Source of the DNA: Macrostomum lignano
Lineage: Eukaryota
Length of the DNA stretch: 34,850 bases
Assembly (NCBI GenBank): GCA_002269645.1
Contig: NIVC01003716.1
Coordinates: 1-34,850, forward strand
Direction of reading: 5' to 3'
This document shows positions 30,964 to 34,850 of this stretch, in pieces. The translations under genes and the position numbers were made by a program. Positions within the stretch are counted from its first letter, which is position 1; every line of letters starts with the position of its first letter. The notes beneath the pieces are model-generated. The model saw only the letters and a list, made by a program, of their open reading frames with translations. It was not told the DNA's origin and did not search any database.

Positions 30964-33219
30964 CAGCCACCCCAATTGTCAACCCACCGCCAGTGGTTCT
31001 GCTGCTGTCGCCGCAAGCGAAAGTCCTCGCTGTCGTCCGCACTGCCGCAGTCGTCAGGCCCGACAGCTACCTCCTCCGCTGCGGCTGCGGCAGCTGCCGT
31101 CAGCGCTTCGATGCCGCCGTTGAATCCACCGGCACTGATCGAGCGGCCGGTGCAGCCGCCAGTGTGTGCCGCTGGCCCTTGTGGATTCGCGGCGGGAGCA
31201 CCGCAGCCCAGCCGTTCCTCGGGCCGTCAGGCCGGCAAGGGGCTGCTGGGCTCCAGGCGCGCTCCTCCGCCAGCCTGACGATCTCGCTGGGCTCCTCCAG
31301 CCAGCAGCCGCTGCATCAGCCGCTGCAGCCATCGGCTTTGGCAGAGCGAGCCCAAGAGCGGGACCTGCTGAAGTCGCTGAGCCGGCCTCTGGTGCCCGCA
31401 GACCTGCTGGCCGCCAACCCCAGTCCGCAGGCGCTGTTCAAGGAGTTCTGGGATGTACCGATGCACCACGCCGGGCGGTGCGACCTGCCGGAGGGCGCGG
31501 CGCCAAAGAATCGCTACCCGACCATGGTGCCTAATGCGGACACCCGGGTCACCATTCGGCAGGACGAGTACATCAATGCCAATTTCCTGCGGGGCGCATT
31601 CCGCACGGAAAAGTGCTTCATTGCTACGCAGGTCTGTTGCCTATATGATCGTTTCGATGACCAGTCTAAGTTTGTTTATCAAAATCCAGGAAATTTGAAA
31701 GCAAATCTTGCCTTCCCTATTTTCCCGCGTAGGGTCCCCTGGCGGACACGGTGACGGACTTCTGGCAGATGATTTGGGAGCAGCGACCCAGCGCAATAGT
31801 CATGCTGACTGACTTGGTGGAGCGGGAGCGGCCCAAGTGCCACCTGTACTTTCCGCTGCACTGTGGCGATCGAATGCGGCACGGCCAGCTGGAGACCGTG
31901 CTAGAAGAGCTGCAGGATTGCCCAGCAGGATATCAGCGCAGGCTGCTGCGGCTTACTGTGAGTGTTTTTGGCCAGTGTCCCATGTTATCAACTTTACCCA
32001 TGTTTTCTGCCTTCTTCCCTGTTCCACCTCTAAGTTTCTGTCCTGTCCTCTACCTCCCCTGTCCTCTCCCTACCTCCCCTGTCCTCTCCCTACCTCCCCT
32101 GTCCTCTCCCTACCTCCCCTATCCTCTCCCTACCTTCCCTGTCCTCGCCCTACCTCCCCTGTCCTCTCCCTACCTTCCCTATCCTCTCCCTACCTCCCCT
32201 GTCCTCTCCCTACCTCCCCTGTCCTCTCCCTACCTCCCCTGTCATCTCCCTACCTCCCTGTCCTCTCCCTACCTCCCCTGTCCTCTCCCTACCTCCCCTG
32301 TCCTCTCCCTACCTCCCCTGTCATCTCCCTACCTCCCCTGTCCTCTCCCTACCTCCCCTGTCATCTCCCTACCTCCCCTGTCATCTCCCTACCTCCCCTG
32401 TCCTCTCCCTACCTCCACTGTCATCTCCCTACCTCCCCTGCATGTCATCTCCCTACCTCCCCTGTCCTCGCCCTACCTCCCTTGTCATCTCCCTACCTCC
32501 CCTATCATCTCCCTACCTCCCCTGTCATCTCCCTACCTCCCCTGTCCTCGCCCTACCTCCACTGTCATCTCCCTACCTCCCCTGCATGTCATCTCTCTAC
32601 CTCCCCTGTCCTCGCCCTACCTCCCTTGTCATCTCCCTACCTCCCCTATCATCTCCCTACCTCCCCTGTCATCTCCCTACCTCCCCTATCATCTCCCTAC
32701 CTCCCCTGTCATCTCCCTACCTCCCCTATCATCTCCCTACCTCCCCTGTCATCTCCCTACCTCCCCTGTCCTCGCCCTACCTCGCCTGTCATCTCACTAC
32801 TTCCCCTGTCGTCTCCCTACTGGTATCTCCCCATTTCGCCTCCCTTCCTGCTCGCGCAGCACGCGGATTATCCGTCCGAGGATTCAGCGCTCAGCCTGCA
32901 GCACTACTGGTTCCGCAGCTGGCCGGACCACCTGTCGCCGGACAGCTCGGCCGCCATGCTGTCCCTGGCCGAGAGCTGCCTGTCCCTTCCACCGCCGATC
33001 ATCGTCCACTGCAGCGCCGGGCTGGGCCGCACCGGCACCTTCTGCGCTATCTGCATCTGTGTGCGCCAGCTGCGCCAGACCGGCAGTTGCGACTGCCTGG
33101 CAACGGTCTGCCAGCTGCGCTTGGACCGCGGCGGCATGGTCGACTCACACGAACAGTACGAATTCGTGCACCGCGTCCTGCGGCTGTACGCGCAGACCCG
33201 CATGGAAGATGCCGGCTGA
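30964..33219 (+). CDS. KIM-containing classical protein tyrosine phosphatase (PTPRR/PTPN5/PTPN7-like); exons ~30964-31631, 31733-31957, 32860-33219; 5' start uncertain
   Basis: GT-AG introns 31632-31732 and 31958-32859 (both phase 0) give KNRYPTMVPNADTRV, YINANFL, FIATQ|GPL, DFWQMIWEQ, IVMLT, KCHLYFP, HYWFRSWPDH, IIVHCSAGLGRTG and CQLRLDRGGMVDSHEQYEFVH. The HYW..SWPDH and CQLR.DRGGMV..EQYEFVH segments are hallmarks of the R7/KIM subfamily. A KIM-like KGLLGSRR[G]SSASLTISL lies upstream. Confidence 0.9.
32040..32815. repeat. 20-bp pyrimidine-rich minisatellite filling PTP intron 2
   Basis: Unit CCTGTC(C/A)TCTCCCTACCTCC, about 38 copies. It produces the spurious Pro/Leu/Ser-rich ORFs 31751-33304, 31837-33219 and 32442-33233. 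Confidence 0.97.
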
Positions 33220-34850
33220 CGATTGCGGCTTAAGCGCGCAGGTGGGCGGAAGATCCGGGAATCTCGGCAGTCATCGCGCATTTTCAGGCAAATGCTTCTC
33301 GTAAGCCATACTACTAGCAGTAGAAGGCAGGTTGCTGCGGATTCCTGCTAGCTTGCTCGCGCCAGAAACTATTAATAACATTAGGACGTCATAAAAGTTA
33401 ATTGGCCTATCACCTGACCATTAGCCGAGGGCAGCAGGAAAGTTTCTGGGTGTTTAGTAGTCCCTAATCGCTGCCTGTTGATTCCCTAGGCATTCTTCAT
33501 ACCTCTTTTGGCAGAATCCCAACTGCGTAGCGAGCCGGTTGTCTGTTGTGCTTGTTGCCATGCGGTATTTTGGGACGCTCAGTTTGTCCGACACAATCAA
33601 ATTTCGGTGTTGCCAGTCAGCCCGCTTTGTAATTGCGCTTATAAATGTCCCGTCAGAATATATCTGCTACCACCTCACCTATCTTCGCTTCGTGTGCGAT
33701 TGTGTGCAATTTTATATTCGCTAATTCTGATGCAGGCCCAGCACTGGTACAGATTTAGCTGGTCACACTCCGCTGCCCCAAACACTTGGCTCATTGCCAC
33801 CGCTGTGTTGTGTCCCATTCCATGTGCTGGTGTTCAACTATCCGGCTGGCAATTGATTCTAATCTCTTGCAATGCTTTTTATTAATAATACCATATTCCT
33901 ATTGGAGAGCTTTTTGCCGACTAATATTTTTCGTATTACGGTTGCACCCAATAATGATGAATTAACGTGTGATTTTTCTGTCTGTGAGCTAGTTTGTTTT
34001 GTCGTGGCTGGATTATTGTCTTTATGCGCACCACACCGGGTGATTGGTTCATTTTTCTGCGTTTGCTGAATTTTTTTTTTGCTGTTTACCGTAATGTTTA
34101 AGAATTATTGATTCCTCTTACCTTGTTCTTGCGCTAACTTTTTCAAAACAAATATAGATTTATTCTAAATATTTGTTCGACTCATTTTGAGGTGGACGTG
34201 GATGCTATTTTTATAGAAATCTGACTTCTCGAGTTCTAGTGCAAAATGTTTTGAATTCAGACTTCACGCCTTTATAAACTTTTCTGCACGTGTTATGCGC
34301 GACTGTTGAACTGGTGTCTCAACTGGGTGCTTCTAACATGGCTTCCACCCAGTACAGCAAGCATTCTGCGGCTGAGCTGCATAGACTTGCAATGTTTATG
34401 AACTTGATTTTACTCAGACAGTGATATTTTTAAAGCAGGTATTACGAGTAGCTTATTGAAATATTTAGTTTACTGATTTTTTAAAGCCATAAAACTAACG
34501 ACATCGAGATATTAACTTAACTTCTATTCTATTGTTGCACATGAATTACATAGTTTGTCAATCTTCATGTTTCACTTATTATTTATTAGAAAAGTTAATA
34601 AAAGTCCCACAAGTGCGAATTATTAATTTATCCTACATGTATTATAAATCTAATTGTATAGCGTGTAAACAAACATGAAGCAAACGTGAACTATATATTT
34701 TCGTGTAGGATAAAGATCGAATTAAAGACAATGATCAAATAGAGCAATGAGACTTGTGGAGTAGAGGACGGATTGGCCCAAATCTGTTAGAGTTGGCCCA
34801 AAATAAGCCCCAAAATAAACCCAAAACTGCAATACCCTCATGCAAGTCCA

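Noticed and set aside
31751-33304. 517-aa, 460-aa and 263-aa Pro-rich ORFs as real proteins
   Set aside because: They read through the intron-2 minisatellite; canonical phase-0 GT-AG splicing gives a contiguous PTP domain.

Overview
Eukaryotic (animal-like, repeat-rich) genomic DNA. Ala/Ser-rich GC-rich exons, short GT-AG introns and dense minisatellites suggest an invertebrate such as a free-living flatworm; this is inference only. Left to right: (1) bases 1-4832 are one end of a Polinton/Maverick (adintovirus-like) endogenous virus, ending in ACTACT-3'. It has a minisatellite-rich terminal region, five minus-strand genes including a pX/cupiennin-like core protein with a GG|F cleavage site, two reused promoter cassettes, and a ~270-nt imperfect hairpin directly downstream of one viral TATA cassette (candidate viral non-coding RNA; the most novel-looking item). 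(2) A frameshifted ankyrin-repeat gene. (3) Microsatellites, MITEs and an internally deleted THAP/P-superfamily (Galileo-like, 7-bp TSD) transposon, all between a pair of ~8-kb-spaced inverted repeats. (4) A Gypsy-type LTR retrotransposon fragment with LTR, tRNA-Leu PBS, long leader, gag, a -1 frameshift signal and protease, but no RT/integrase. (5) Minisatellites and a degenerate unidentified reading frame. (6) A spliced host KIM-type (PTPRR/STEP/HePTP-like) tyrosine phosphatase gene with a 1-nt lesion in its KIM and a Q-loop Gln->Asp change. All alignments were done by eye; no database searches or folding programs were run.
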